DNA of 64,000 nucleotides from Candidatus Hydrogenedentota bacterium (GTDB taxonomy: Bacteria; Hydrogenedentota; Hydrogenedentia; Hydrogenedentales; CAITNO01), in NCBI GenBank assembly GCA_012523015.1, contig JAAYJI010000005.1, positions 871-64,870 of the forward strand. The letters run 5' to 3'. Positions 27,874 through 42,600 of this stretch are shown here, one piece after another. Each line of letters begins with the position of its first letter. The first letter of the stretch is position 1. Below the pieces are notes generated by a model. That model had not been told where the DNA came from. It made no database searches and saw nothing but the letters and a program-made list of their open reading frames with translations. A program made the position numbers and the translations under genes.

Positions 27874-29034
27874 TCACAGCGCAGCAAGGGGGATGAACCA
27901 GTATCGAACCCGTTCCCGTTTCCACGTATAGGATACGGCAATACCTTCCTTGGTGGAGATGATGGCGGGATACGAGAATTCAAATTTCGTGGTGGGCGGA
28001 TCATCTTCAAAATGGGCGAACAAGTTCCAGCTTTCACCATTATCCGAGGAGATCGCCAGCGACAGCGGCGTCCGTGCGCCCCAATTCCTATCCACGGGAT
28101 TCAAGACCAAGAGCACCCGGCCATCTTCAAGATTGATGGCGTCGAGACCGCTGTTGTTATTGGGCAGCCCTGCATCCCGTATGGGGGTCCAAGTTTTACC
28201 GTAATCCTCTGAATCGGCGCGCCATGCACGGCCCGCACAGGCACGCATTAAAGCATGTACTTTACCGGGTGCAGATTCCCAGAAGGTGGGCTGGATACAT
28301 CCTTTGCCTTTGAAAATGGATCGGTCGATTTGGAAATCTTCAGAACGTTCCCATGTCAGCCCGCGGTCGGTGGAGCGATCGGCGAAACTCTCCCACAGTT
28401 TATGTTCGGTCGAAGCGGGGGCAAGCCAAGCGCCGTCGGACAGGATGATCGCTTTGTTTTTTACAGGTCCACGGCCGCCCACATCGCCGGGAACCATTTC
28501 CTTGGCTTCGGACCACGTGACGCCGTTATCTTTGGAACTCATCCACCATGTTTTCCAAATGGGCACATCAGTAGCCACTTTAAAAAACAGGTGTACTTCG
28601 CCTTCTGCATCGGTGAAAAGAACAGGGTTCCAGTGTGCCGTCTCTTCCACTTTGACGGCTAGATAGGGCGGCAGCCACTGCCCATCAATGAGCCGTGACA
28701 TCCAGATGCCCACATCAGGATCTTTTTCTTTGGTTCCGCCGAACCACGCGGCAATCATGGTTCCGTCAGGCGCTTGGGCAACGGTGCTGGCGTGACATTC
28801 GGGGAAAGGCCGATCATCACCAAAAACAAAATCGACCCTGCCGCCTGCTTCCAGCACGCGAGCTTCAAAATCTTTCGCAGATAATACGGCGCTTTCGTCT
28901 AATGCGTTGACCCACTCCGCCCCTTTGTTTTCGACAAGAGGTTTGATTTCCGCTTTCCCATCTTGGGCACAGGCGACAAGGGTAAATACACCTAAAGAAA
29001 GAACCGACAAAACAAGTAATAATCGTAGTTGCAC
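27874..29034 (-). CDS. Exo-alpha-sialidase / BNR-repeat glycosidase (GH33-like), lipoprotein.
   Basis: Lipobox LVAC; four Asp-box (BNR) motifs SKDNGVTW, STDRGLTW, SEDYGKTW and SSDNGESW spaced as in sialidase six-bladed propellers. Confidence 0.85.
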   Translation of the reverse strand: MQLRLLLVLSVLSLGVFTLVACAQDGKAEIKPLVENKGAEWVNALDESAVLSAKDFEARVLEAGGRVDFVFGDDRPFPECHASTVAQAPDGTMIAAWFGGTKEKDPDVGIWMSRLIDGQWLPPYLAVKVEETAHWNPVLFTDAEGEVHLFFKVATDVPIWKTWWMSSKDNGVTWSEAKEMVPGDVGGRGPVKNKAIILSDGAWLAPASTEHKLWESFADRSTDRGLTWERSEDFQIDRSIFKGKGCIQPTFWESAPGKVHALMRACAGRAWRADSEDYGKTWTPIRDAGLPNNNSGLDAINLEDGRVLLVLNPVDRNWGARTPLSLAISSDNGESWNLFAHFEDDPPTTKFEFSYPAIISTKEGIAVSYTWKRERVRYWFIPLAAL

Positions 29035-29132
29035 TGTATTTTCTCCTTTTCCGTTAAGATCATGTGCGTTGTTGGCACGGAATCGTCTGATTCAAGTATT
29101 CATGACGATACAGGTCATGAACACAGCTTCTA

Positions 29133-32504
<3,372 letters not shown>

Positions 32505-32758
32505 CTATTCGAAATTAAGGATATCACCGCGCGATTTCGAGGCTGCGCCGTCCGTGACTCACGGAACCATTTTACTTGCCTTTGCCCTGCCGATTCCACC
32601 TTTGGAAAAGGAAGGCTTTAAGGGGCGTGAAACGGTAACTCCGCAGAGATGCAAGAGGCGGGGAAGATTTGTTATACTATGCGTTCATCCTTAGGTCATA
32701 TCTATAGCTGTCTCTAACGCTGACTCCCGGCACATTTTCCAAGAAAGGTAGAAAAGAA

Positions 32759-33229
32759 GTGATTGTATTTGCAAAACGGCTGACTGTTGAACAGATTGAA
32801 GAAGGAAATGAGCTGGCGCCTAAATTTGATGCCCATGGATTGATTCCGGTAGTGACCACAGATTTTGAAACGGGCGAATTGCTGATGCACGCCTATATGA
32901 ATGAAGAAGCCTTGAAAAAAACCATTGAATTGGGAGAGGCTGTTTATTGGAGCCGCAGCCGTCAGGTACTGTGGCATAAAGGCGCTACCAGCGGTCTGGT
33001 TCAAAAAGTGATCGAAATGCGGATTGACGATGATCAGGATACGGTTTGGCTCCGTGTGGATGTTCAAGGCGGCGCAAGCTGCCACGTGGGCTACCGCTCC
33101 TGTTTCTACCGCTCCGTTCCCGTGGGCGAGGCAGCTAAAAAAGCCTTAGACTTGACCTTTACGGAGACGGAAAAGGTTTTTGACCCCAAAGAAGTGTATG
33201 GGGATGCGCCTAATCCGACACGCATATAA
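32759..33229 (+). CDS. hisI: Phosphoribosyl-AMP cyclohydrolase.
   Basis: Conserved HisI core: [34 protein letters not shown]. The annotated start is a GTG at 32759. Confidence 0.85.
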   Translation: MIVFAKRLTVEQIEEGNELAPKFDAHGLIPVVTTDFETGELLMHAYMNEEALKKTIELGEAVYWSRSRQVLWHKGATSGLVQKVIEMRIDDDQDTVWLRVDVQGGASCHVGYRSCFYRSVPVGEAAKKALDLTFTETEKVFDPKEVYGDAPNPTRI

Positions 33230-33386
33230 AAACAGCTTTATTACCGTGTTGGAACAAAGGATTAACATGCGTTTTATGTGAGGTTCATTCGACAGCGATC
33301 AACGGAATTCGAATGGACTGCAATTCATTACGATAGAACTGGTTTGCGCTTATCCATAAGCGCTGTTGAGAGAAGGAAAAGATATT

Positions 33387-33560
33387 ATGGCATCCAAAGC
33401 AAAAGGCAATCGCGAGACCATCATTTTGGAATGTACGGAAGCGCCGGGTACCTCTCGTTATAATACGGAGAAAAACAAGCGCTCCCATCCCGAACGGCTC
33501 GAACTGAAAAAATACAATTCGACCCTGCGCAAGCACACGCTCCACCGCGAGAAGAAATAA
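33387..33560 (+). CDS. rpmG: 50S ribosomal protein L33 (non-zinc-ribbon type).
   Basis: [18 protein letters not shown]...[34 protein letters not shown] matches the L33 family pattern (NKR..PE.LELKK); a GAAGGAAAAG RBS precedes the ATG at 33387. The track ORF begins earlier at 33366. Confidence 0.85.
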   Translation: MASKAKGNRETIILECTEAPGTSRYNTEKNKRSHPERLELKKYNSTLRKHTLHREKK

Positions 33561-33573
33561 GGCGTGCCGGCAT

Positions 33574-33604
33574 TGCGGCGATGATACTTCGCCGCCTATT
33601 CTTG
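33574..33604 (+). terminator. Rho-independent terminator candidate downstream of rpmG.
   Basis: GGCGGCGA tgatact TCGCCGCC, a perfect 8-bp GC-rich stem, followed by TATTCTTG. Confidence 0.45.
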
Positions 33605-33835
33605 CTGCATGCCTGCGTCCCTATGCTGCGCTTTGAACGGTGTTCGTATTGACCCATTTCCGAGCGTCGATCTCAATTCTCGACATAGAAGTTCTGCAGT
33701 GGTTTCTGCAATTGAATGATCTGTGGAAAAGAGCATTGTTTTTCTTGTACACTCAGTACTAACATGATACGCGTATGTATCTATGAATAATGCTTTGCTT
33801 TCATGTGTGTATCTGAGCAATAAGGAGCCTTAATT

Positions 33836-34279
33836 ATGCGTGTTTGGATGATTCACTTTTTTGGAGCGCTGGGGTTGGTCTGTTTCCTCTCGTTGCTGCC
33901 TGAGTGCACACCTGCGGAAGCATACCAAGCGAAGGTTATCAACGCCAGTATCTATCCCCTGATTTCGATCAAAATTGCGCCCTTCTGTGAGGATGAAGAG
34001 ATTCAACGGCAATTCCTTAAGAATGCACGCAATTTGTTGCCCGCCGATCGTAGCGGACACACCGTCGCCCTCCAGCCCGGACTCACCCAAAGCTTTAATT
34101 TTAAAAGTGAGAGCGCGGTGCTCGCAGCTGCCGTCACCTTTTTTATAGATGGTGATTATGTGGAATACGTGCACCGACTGCCTGCAGATATGTCCGTTGC
34201 CCACGATAGCACCGTGCTTGTGGTGCGTGTCATTTACGACACGGTCAACGCGCCCCATATTTTATTCAGCTACGAATAA
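33836..34279 (+). CDS. Small secreted hypothetical protein (147 aa).
   Basis: N-terminal signal peptide (FFGALGLVCFLSLLPECTPAEA); AAGGAG RBS (aataAGGAGccttaattATG). Confidence 0.45.
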   Translation: MRVWMIHFFGALGLVCFLSLLPECTPAEAYQAKVINASIYPLISIKIAPFCEDEEIQRQFLKNARNLLPADRSGHTVALQPGLTQSFNFKSESAVLAAAVTFFIDGDYVEYVHRLPADMSVAHDSTVLVVRVIYDTVNAPHILFSYE

Positions 34280-34361
34280 ATCACAAGTCCTTGTCATGGA
34301 AGTGCGCGGGACACTGCGGAACAACCCTTATAAAAGGAATGCGTTTTTAGTGCATTATTGC

Positions 34362-35192
34362 ATGTTCAGCTCCTATGCTTTCCTCTTTCTGATCCTCTTC
34401 AGCACGGCCTTCATTGCGGGCTGTTGTGTGAATTGTCCCCGTTCTGTGCCGCCGACGGACGGAGAACCGCCTGAAACCCTTGTCTTTTATACGGTACAAG
34501 TGGTCAATACCTTTCCCCACGATCCCCAAGCCTTCACACAGGGATTGGCTTTTGCCGATGGTTTCCTCTATGAAGGGACGGGTATGCACGGCGCTTCCTG
34601 CCTGAAAAAAGTCGCCTTGGAGACGGGCGAGACTTTGCAGCGTGTTGATCTGGGGCGCAGCTATTTTGGGGAAGGTATTGCGTTGCAGGGGGATCGAATT
34701 ATCCAGCTCACATGGAAAAATCAGACTGCTTTTATCTATGACCGAAATACCTTTGAAAGCAAAGGTAAGTATAGCTATCTCGGGGAAGGGTGGGGATTAA
34801 CTTTTGACGGCAGCCGTTTTATTCTCAGTGACGGCACGGCGCAATTGCGCTTTCTCGATAAAGACAGCTTCCAACCGCTGAGCAGTCTTTATGTGCGTGA
34901 CGGTCAAAAGCTCATTAAAAACCTCAATGAGCTTGAGTTTATAGACGGCAAGGTTTTCGCCAATATTTGGAGAGAAGAACGTATCGCCGTCATCGACCCT
35001 CAGACCGGCTATGTCACCGCTTGGATTGATTTGACAGGACTCCTCACCAAAGAAGAGCGCAAACACGTTGATGTCTTAAATGGCATTGCTTGGGATGCCT
35101 CGGGGGAGCGCCTCTTCGTGACCGGAAAGTATTGGCCAAAGCTCTTTGAAATTCGATTGGTAGAACAGCGCAGCATTCCCTATCCGCAATAA
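34362..35192 (+). CDS. Glutamine cyclotransferase (glutaminyl-peptide cyclase, beta-propeller type), lipoprotein.
   Basis: Matches plant/bacterial-type QC: YTVQVVNTFPHDPQAFTQGL...EGTG...S.L..VDL..G, plus repeated propeller blades (FGEGIAL, GEGWGLT, NGIAWD). Lipobox IAGC after MFSSYAFLFLILF. Confidence 0.8.
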   Translation: MFSSYAFLFLILFSTAFIAGCCVNCPRSVPPTDGEPPETLVFYTVQVVNTFPHDPQAFTQGLAFADGFLYEGTGMHGASCLKKVALETGETLQRVDLGRSYFGEGIALQGDRIIQLTWKNQTAFIYDRNTFESKGKYSYLGEGWGLTFDGSRFILSDGTAQLRFLDKDSFQPLSSLYVRDGQKLIKNLNELEFIDGKVFANIWREERIAVIDPQTGYVTAWIDLTGLLTKEERKHVDVLNGIAWDASGERLFVTGKYWPKLFEIRLVEQRSIPYPQ

Positions 35193-35265
35193 ACTATCCT
35201 TCTTCATAATCCCGCCCTTGTAAAATTGTCTTATAGTGGCGGCCGCTTCCCCCAGAGCTTGATAA

Positions 35266-35294
35266 TTGGGATAGACAATACAGATTGGTATAAT
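35266..35294 (+). promoter_or_regulatory. Sigma70-like promoter candidate for the pnt operon.
   Basis: TTGGGA, 17-nt spacer, TGgTATAAT (extended -10) ending 65 nt upstream of the pntAA ATG. Confidence 0.4.
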
Positions 35295-35358
35295 AAGATT
35301 CGTTGCGATTTCGATATCGACGTCATACCGTGTTTTATCACACTCAAGGAGATGAGCC

Positions 35359-36543
35359 ATGACATCGTTAAAGGGATTGACGATTGGGGTGCCCCGTGAA
35401 ATCATTTCGGGCGAAAGGCGCGTGGCAGTCACGCCGGAAACGACGGCCCGCTACGTGGCAGCAGGGGCGCAAGTTTTAATTGAAGCGGGGGCAGGTTTGG
35501 GCGCTTTTTTTGACGACGACAGCTACCGTGCCGCCGGCGCGGAAATCCTTGCAGATGTCAAAAACGTGTATGCCCGATCTACGCTGGTTCTCAAAGTAAA
35601 AGAACCACAATTCAATCCGGATCTGGGCGTACATGAGGGCGAGCTCATTCCCGAGAAAACGGTCTTGGTTTGTTTTTTGCATCCAGCTAATCCTTTGAAC
35701 CATGACACAGTCCGCCTGTTAGCGGCGCGCAATATTACCAGTTTTTCCCTCGACAGCATCCCCCGTGTTTCCAGAGCACAGCATATGGATGCACTCACTT
35801 CCATGAGCACAGTGGCGGGGTATAAAGCCGTCATTACAGCTGCCCATCATCTGGCACGTTTTGTACCGATGATCCCCACAGATGCAGGCATTATAGAGCC
35901 TGCCCGAGTACTGGTGGTAGGTACAGGAGTTGCCGGTTTGCAATCCATTGCCACTGCCAAGCGCTTGGGGGCGCGGGTAAGCACCTTAGACATTCGGCCT
36001 GAAGCGAACGAGCAGGCGCGCAGTCTCGGCGCGCTCTTGGTGCCATTTGCGCTTGAAGAGGGGGAGGGCGTAGGGGAAGGCGGATACGCCAAGCGCCTGT
36101 CAGAAGACCTCTATGAACGGGAGCGGACGAGTCTCACGCCCGTCGTTGCGCAAAGTGATATCATCATTCTCACCGCCTTGGTGCCCAGAGAACGAGCGCC
36201 TATACTTATCACAAAAGCCATGGTGGAAGGTATGAAAAAAGGCGCGGTCATAGTGGATGTGGCGATTGATCAGGGCGGCAATTGCGAATTGACCCGGCCC
36301 GGCGAAAGCTATGTACACAAGGATGTGCTGCTCGTGGGACTGCTCAATATACCTGCTTCATTAGCCATAGACTCCACGCGCATGTTTGCCCATAATCTCT
36401 ATGAATATATTGGTCATATTGCCGTTGATGGGAATATTGATGAACACGCTGCCGATGATTTGATTCAAGACGCCTGCGTGACCCGTGACGGTAGGATCGT
36501 TCATCAAGGTACCTTAAGAGCTATGGGATTGGCAGGAGACTAA
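35359..36543 (+). CDS. pntAA: NAD(P) transhydrogenase alpha subunit part 1 (dI, alanine-dehydrogenase-like NAD(H)-binding domain).
   Basis: GVPREI..GE.RVA.TPE start; Rossmann motif VLVVGTGVAGLQSI; AAGGAG RBS. Confidence 0.9.
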   Translation: MTSLKGLTIGVPREIISGERRVAVTPETTARYVAAGAQVLIEAGAGLGAFFDDDSYRAAGAEILADVKNVYARSTLVLKVKEPQFNPDLGVHEGELIPEKTVLVCFLHPANPLNHDTVRLLAARNITSFSLDSIPRVSRAQHMDALTSMSTVAGYKAVITAAHHLARFVPMIPTDAGIIEPARVLVVGTGVAGLQSIATAKRLGARVSTLDIRPEANEQARSLGALLVPFALEEGEGVGEGGYAKRLSEDLYERERTSLTPVVAQSDIIILTALVPRERAPILITKAMVEGMKKGAVIVDVAIDQGGNCELTRPGESYVHKDVLLVGLLNIPASLAIDSTRMFAHNLYEYIGHIAVDGNIDEHAADDLIQDACVTRDGRIVHQGTLRAMGLAGD

Positions 36544-36617
36544 AGACCTCAGGGAGCTCCGTCCTTTTTTCGAACACTGCAATCTCATCGCTCTCGGCAC
36601 AAGTAAGGAGAAAAGAT

Positions 36618-36926
36618 ATGACTGTCGTGTTGCCCTTGCTGTTGCTCTTCGCTGCCCTATGTGCTTTCTTGGGATATATCATCATTATGGCGGTGCCGCC
36701 GCTCTTGCATACACCGCTCATGTCCGGCATGAATGCCTTATCGGGAATTTCGCTTTTGGCGGCGATGGCGGCTTTCCATGATCGAATACCCTATAGCCCG
36801 GGCTGGTACATTGCCCTTATCGCGATTGGCTTGGCCATGATCAATGTGGCGGGGGGCTATTGGGTGACAGAACGCATGTTGCGCATGTTTAAGTCTGATC
36901 AAAGTGGAGAGGGGAGCAAGCAATGA
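36618..36926 (+). CDS. pntAB: NAD(P) transhydrogenase alpha subunit part 2 (membrane dII-alpha).
   Basis: 102-aa protein with three TM helices containing GMNALSGISLLAAMAA and NVAGGYWVTERML, immediately before pntB. Confidence 0.85.
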   Translation: MTVVLPLLLLFAALCAFLGYIIIMAVPPLLHTPLMSGMNALSGISLLAAMAAFHDRIPYSPGWYIALIAIGLAMINVAGGYWVTERMLRMFKSDQSGEGSKQ

Positions 36927-38314
36927 GTATTGTTTACAGCTATTTTCCGCCTGCAGCACTTGTCGCCGTTTTTCTCTATAGTATCTACCTCATGCAATCG
37001 CCGAGAACAGCCTTGCGTGGGAACCGCCTGGGCGCGCTGACCATGGCTGTTGCTGTCATACTCACCTTCCACCAATACGCGCTTTTCATGAACGCTGCGG
37101 CATGGACCGCACTCGGCGTGGGCGGTATCCTGGGCTTGTTGTTGGCGCAGCGGGCGGGTACCCTACGGATGCCCCAGCTGGTAGCCTTGTTTAACGGCGT
37201 TGGCGGTGCCGCTTCCGCCTTGGTGATTCTCGCGTGTTTGTCCGCGGAGATGACGTGGGCCAACCGGCTTATTGCGTCGCTCGCCCTTGCTATAGGCAGC
37301 GTCACCTTTAGCGGCAGTATGGCGGCGGCGCTGAAGCTTGAAGGAAAGCTGTCGTCACGCCCCGTGTCCTTTCTCGGCTATTCCCAAGCGCTTCGGATCC
37401 TTTTCGTGGTGATACTCGTGTTGATTGTGATTCCCGTGGATAGAGTTGGTCACGTGTCTCTATATATCTTGACGGTGCTTGCCTTGGTCTATGGCTGGTT
37501 CATGGCGCTCCGTGTAGGCGGCGCGGATATGCCTGTCATCATCTCGCTTTTAAACTCCCTTTCCGGGGTTGCGGCGTGCGTGAGCGGTATTGCCATGGAC
37601 AATATACTGACTGCAGGTGTCGGCGCCCTTGTGGGCGTGGCGGGGATGATTCTAACGCAAATTATGTGCCGCGCTATGAATCGGGATTTATGGGCGGTCT
37701 TGAGCGGCTTCACGGTCTATAGTACTCAGAAAAAAGACGCGGCAACGGATGAGGCTGTGGCTGACGATAGGGGAGAGGAATCAGCGCAAGGTCTGACCCA
37801 ATCGGATATTCCTGCCTTGTTGGAAAAGGCGGAGACCGTGATTATTGTGCCCGGTTACGGCATGGCATTATCGCAGGCGCAGCAGGTGGTAAAAGATCTG
37901 ATGGACGCCTTGGAGGCACGGGGAAAAGACGTGAGGGTGGCGGTACATCCGGTGGCGGGCCGTATGCCCGGCCATATGCACGTGTTATTAGCGGAAGTGG
38001 GCGTTGATTATGAAATGCTTTATGATATGGTTAAAATCAATGACCGTTTCGCTGCAACAGATTTGGTCGTTGCCGTGGGCGCTTGTGATGTGATGAATCC
38101 TGCCGCAGCGACGGCGGAAGGGACGCCTATTTTCGGTATGCCTATTTTAAAGGTATCCGAAGCGAAGGCGGTGATTGTGTGTAATCTTGATGCGAAACCG
38201 GGCTATTCAGGTGTTGAAAATACACTGTATACGCAAGCCCATGTGGTAACGCTTTGGGGAGACGCTTCGGTCACCGTAGCCGACCTAAAAGATCAATTGG
38301 AAGCCCTGCAATAA
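36923..38314 (+). CDS. pntB: NAD(P) transhydrogenase beta subunit (dII-beta membrane plus dIII NADP(H)-binding domain).
   Basis: Overlaps pntAB via ATGA; multi-TM N-terminus; C-terminal dIII motifs IVPGYGMA..QAQ, VHPVAGRMPGHM and NDRF. Confidence 0.9.
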   Translation: MSIVYSYFPPAALVAVFLYSIYLMQSPRTALRGNRLGALTMAVAVILTFHQYALFMNAAAWTALGVGGILGLLLAQRAGTLRMPQLVALFNGVGGAASALVILACLSAEMTWANRLIASLALAIGSVTFSGSMAAALKLEGKLSSRPVSFLGYSQALRILFVVILVLIVIPVDRVGHVSLYILTVLALVYGWFMALRVGGADMPVIISLLNSLSGVAACVSGIAMDNILTAGVGALVGVAGMILTQIMCRAMNRDLWAVLSGFTVYSTQKKDAATDEAVADDRGEESAQGLTQSDIPALLEKAETVIIVPGYGMALSQAQQVVKDLMDALEARGKDVRVAVHPVAGRMPGHMHVLLAEVGVDYEMLYDMVKINDRFAATDLVVAVGACDVMNPAAATAEGTPIFGMPILKVSEAKAVIVCNLDAKPGYSGVENTLYTQAHVVTLWGDASVTVADLKDQLEALQ

Positions 38315-38468
38315 GTTTCGAACAGGGGCTGCACCGGGCGCGTCGCTGCTCACTGTATTCGGTGGTTCAGGAAGTGATTTGCTCTTTCTTCTGTTTTATT
38401 TGTGAGGGAACATGGTGTATAGTGTGCTCTTGTTCAAAAATCGAAAACGATAGGACGTTAAATATAGT

Positions 38469-39635
38469 ATGAAAATAGGTATTACGTGTCAGGCGACCGT
38501 CGGCGGCAGTGGTGTATTAGCGGCTGAATTGGGCTTTGCCCTCGCGCAACGTGGTCATGAAGTTCATTTTGTGACTTTGGAAGAACCCTTTCGGCTAGGA
38601 CGCTTTATTCCCAATCTCTACACCCATCATGTGGAAACCATTAGTTATCCCTTGTTCAAAATACCGCCTTATTCCATTGCGCTCTCCAGTAAAATCGCCG
38701 AAGTGGCGGAAGAATATGATATCCAAGTGTGGCACAGTCATTATGCCATGCCCAATTCGGTGGCTGCTCTCGTGGGCAGGGATATGCTGCCCCGTGAAAA
38801 ACAGTTTTGCTTAATCACGACGCTGCACGGGACCGACATCACCTTGGTGGGAACACACCCCAGTTTTTACCGTGCCACCCGGTATGTGATGGAAAACAGT
38901 TGTGCCGTTACTGCTGTTTCTAAGTGGCTCAGCCAACAAACAGAAAACGAATTTCAGCTGACCCAGCCGGTGCAGACCATTTATAATTTCGTGGATATGG
39001 ATCGCTTTTGTGATCAGCCTGCCGACCGTATCGCCTTGGCAGCGCCCAACGAAAAGATTCTCATGCACATCTCTAATTTCCGGCCCGTCAAACGGGTCAC
39101 CGACGTGGTTCGTGTCTTTGGCAAAGTCTTGGAAAAGATGCCCGCCCGATTAATCATGATCGGCGACGGCCCCGAACGGCTCTCTGCAACGGGGGTTGCG
39201 AAACAGTTGGGTATCCAAGATAAAATTCAATATCTCGGCAATTGTGACAATATCGAGTGTTTATTGGCGACTGCTGACCTGCTGTTGCAGCCCAGTGAAC
39301 ACGAGAGTTTCGGACTGGTGCCCCTTGAGGCGATGGCGAGTGAAGTGCCGGTCATTGTGACGCGCAGCGGCGGCGTGACCGAGGTCGTGCGCCACGGCGA
39401 ATCAGGCTTTTTGTGTGAGGTAGGCGATATTGAGAGTATGGCACTGCACGCCATAAAAATTTTGAGTGACCCCGTATTGGCGAAGCAGATGGGCCAGCGG
39501 GGCCGCAAGGTCGCCGCCACAGAATTTGGCCGCGAGAAGATTGTAGACCAATATGAGGCGTTGTACGAGGAGATATTAGCGCGGCGCGCAAATATGCCCC
39601 ACCCAGAAGGACATCTTCCGGGTATGCCTAAATAA
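38469..39635 (+). CDS. bshA: GT4 family glycosyltransferase of the BshA / N-acetyl-alpha-D-glucosaminyl L-malate synthase type.
   Basis: N-terminus MKIGITCQATVGGSGVLAAELGFALAQRGHEVHF closely resembles the BshA signature MKIGITCYP.GGSGVV.TELG; C-terminal GT4 E..G...EAMA motif (ESFGLVPLEAMASEVPVI). Assigning specific bacillithiol function is inference. Confidence 0.6.
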   Translation: MKIGITCQATVGGSGVLAAELGFALAQRGHEVHFVTLEEPFRLGRFIPNLYTHHVETISYPLFKIPPYSIALSSKIAEVAEEYDIQVWHSHYAMPNSVAALVGRDMLPREKQFCLITTLHGTDITLVGTHPSFYRATRYVMENSCAVTAVSKWLSQQTENEFQLTQPVQTIYNFVDMDRFCDQPADRIALAAPNEKILMHISNFRPVKRVTDVVRVFGKVLEKMPARLIMIGDGPERLSATGVAKQLGIQDKIQYLGNCDNIECLLATADLLLQPSEHESFGLVPLEAMASEVPVIVTRSGGVTEVVRHGESGFLCEVGDIESMALHAIKILSDPVLAKQMGQRGRKVAATEFGREKIVDQYEALYEEILARRANMPHPEGHLPGMPK

Positions 39636-39675
39636 TGCGCCTCTAGTGCCCTTGTTTTTTGCTGAAAGGAATACG

Positions 39676-42600
39676 CGTGAAATCGAGGTGGACACAGCGC
39701 CTATTTTCGCATAGCCCTATCATAGACATTCTTTTAGCCTTCTTGATCTTTTGTATAGGCGGCGCTGTCGGCTATGGACATTTACGTTCGCTGCGCACCG
39801 ATCGTTCCTCTGTGACCGGCATTGAACTGCTCTATGGTCCTGCTGCTATGCTCGTTCAAGGCAAAGGCTTTATTTCACCCAACGTCCTAGAGTACCCGGA
39901 GCTGCGCGCCTTCTTAAATGGCGAAATTGAATCCCTTCCCGAAGACGCCGTTCCGGAAATCGTCGTGGAAAGTCCCTCACAAGTAGCCACGTATCATCGC
40001 TATTTAAATTATAGTGTGGCACTCTTTTGGCGGCTCTTTGGTATTTCGTGGACCAGTACGGAACCTTTGCTTGCGCTGCTCTTTGCGTGGTCAAGCCTTG
40101 CTATTTATGGGTTGATGCGGCTTGGGATGCGCCGCTCCATCGCTTTCGTTCTCGTGTTTTTGGTAATACTTTCTCCGGCAATGTTGGGGCGTATCACAGA
40201 ATTACGGGATTTCAGCAAGGCTCCTTTTATCCTGAGTGTATTGTGGGGCTTAGGTTGGGCTATCCGACACAAGATCTCCTCGCGCCAATTATTATTTCTC
40301 TCCATTGTCTTGGGCGTGACCATCGGTATTGGCTGCGGGTTCAGGATGGATCTCGTTGTTTTCATGCCTTTGGCTTGGGCGGTCTTGAGTGTTGTCGCCT
40401 TACGTGTGGACGGGACAGGTAGGTCGCGCTTGCGCCCTTTAATGTCAGTGCTTCTTTTACCTCTTTGTTTTTTGATCACAATCCTACCATTGTTTACAGA
40501 AATAGAGGGACCAACCCACCCTAATCACCACTTAGTACAAGGTCTCTCCACGAAACGACAATACAATCTAGGACTGCTTCCTGCATCTTACAGACCCTTG
40601 TCCTCAGGCTCAGACTGCTATGTGTTTTCTGCTATCCAATCGCATATGCGCAGAACAAGCGGCGAAAACAAAAGTAATTTTTCCTTAGATACCTCAGGTG
40701 CCGATGTGGCAGGAACGAATTGGCTTAAATCGGCTATTGGCTATTTTCCCGCTGATTTTCTTGCCAGAGCTTATGGCGCCGTCTTGAGGAATCTGCGCTA
40801 TGCCGATGCCTATCCGCACACCTTTGCTATGCCCACGAAAGGGCACGCGTATATGTATTCTTTTCATCATAAGCTGGCGGCTCATTTGAATCGCTTCGGG
40901 CTGGTTTACGCAGTGGCTGTTCTCCTCATCTTGGCGGTTCATCAGCCCTTGTGGGCATTGGGCATCTTTTTCTTCGTCCTATACGTATTGGGATATATTG
41001 GGCTCCAGTGTGAATACCGACATGCTTTTCCCCTTGCTTTTTTCCCTTTTTGGATCCTTGGTTTTTTGCTCAATTGGACACTGATTTTTACCGTTCATCT
41101 CTACAAACGCGGTGTGCCCCCCAAAGGGTGGTGGATTGTTTCCGGTATCCGCGCCGCCGTATTTTTATCTCTATGTTTTATTTTGCTGATCGCGCCGCTC
41201 ATGGTATCGCGCATCTACCAAGAACACAAGATCAGACCTTTATTGAATCTGTATAGAAAGGCGGAAACGACACCTGTGCCGGTCCGTATGGAAAGTAAAC
41301 ACGGTTGGACTCTATTTGCCCCTGAGAACACTTCGGCAAGAGGTCCCGCGGATTCGGATCTTCAAACCCTTTATAAAATCCTTGCCGGATTTTTCAATCC
41401 CGAATTTCGTCTCTGGCATGTGCGGACGCGGCTGATGATGGTCGAATTAAAGGCCGATGCCTGCGTAGAATGGCTCATACAAAAATATGATTCCGTGATA
41501 AACCTCAACGACTTTTCGCAACTCTTGCCTTTGCCCTATGTCTCCGAAAAGAGCCATAACATCCGCTACTACTTTCCCGTTTATGAGCTGCTTATGCCGC
41601 TCGTTGATAAGGAGTTCTTGCTAGGTAGAAATCGCTTTCAAGGGATCGCATTGCCCGATGATCAAGCAGACGCTTTTCTCGGGTTCTACGAAGTGTCACC
41701 GCCTGATGAACTGGATTTTTTGATGCAGGTGGCGCTTACGGACGATGCCGGTTCTGAAAAATGCTATCAACGAATTAACGGATTGCCTGATCCGCTCCTG
41801 TATTATCAAGAAGAAATGAACGCCGTGGACAATCCTAATTTGTTTTTTGCAGCACAAAGTTTCGGACGTAAAGAAGAAGCCTGTTTTCTCGCCCGCGCAC
41901 AATTGGTCTTGAGCCGAAAACCTGAAACACGCATACTCATTAGCGATTTGCTATTTAGAGAGGGGCAGACGGAGGAGGCTTTGGATGCTGCATTCGCTAT
42001 TAATCCCCGTACCGAGGACGAAAAGAGCCGCCAGTTGAGACTGTTGGAAGTGATTGGCCATCAGTATCTGATTGAAGACAAAATAAGTGAAGCAGAATAT
42101 ATTTATCGCTTTATATGGGATCAGAAATCCGAGAAACGCAGTCCTTTACGCATACAGCTGGCAGGGGCGATGTGCGCGAAAGACCCTGATAAAGCTTTCG
42201 AACAATACCGTTTCGTCTTGGAAGAAGAACCGGATAATGAAGTCGCTGTTAACGGTATGATCTCTTTGCTCCAAAGCAGCGCCACGACGGAAGAGCAATT
42301 GTCGTTTTGGAAAGATTTGACTGAACAGCACCCCCAATCCCTTTATCCTTGGTTACAGCTTGGGATCACTTTGGAAAGGGCCGGTTTAGATGCCGCCGCC
42401 GCTGATGCCTATGGGAAGGCCTATCCCACACACAAAGATCATCCGGAACTGATGCTTCGTTATAAGATTGCCCAAAAAGGAATTGCTTATTTCCTATCGG
42501 ATAGAAAAGAACTGCTCCGCATCTTGGGCGAGCATCCTCTGCTGGAAGACGTCGTGATATTTTATATTGATCGGGAAGGGCGCCGTTTACTCGCCGCTAA

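Noticed and set aside
33290-33330. GGAATTCGAATGGA segment resembling a tRNA T-arm (TTCGAAT loop).
   Set aside because: No flanking acceptor, D- or anticodon-arm complementarity could be built, so it is an isolated motif only.
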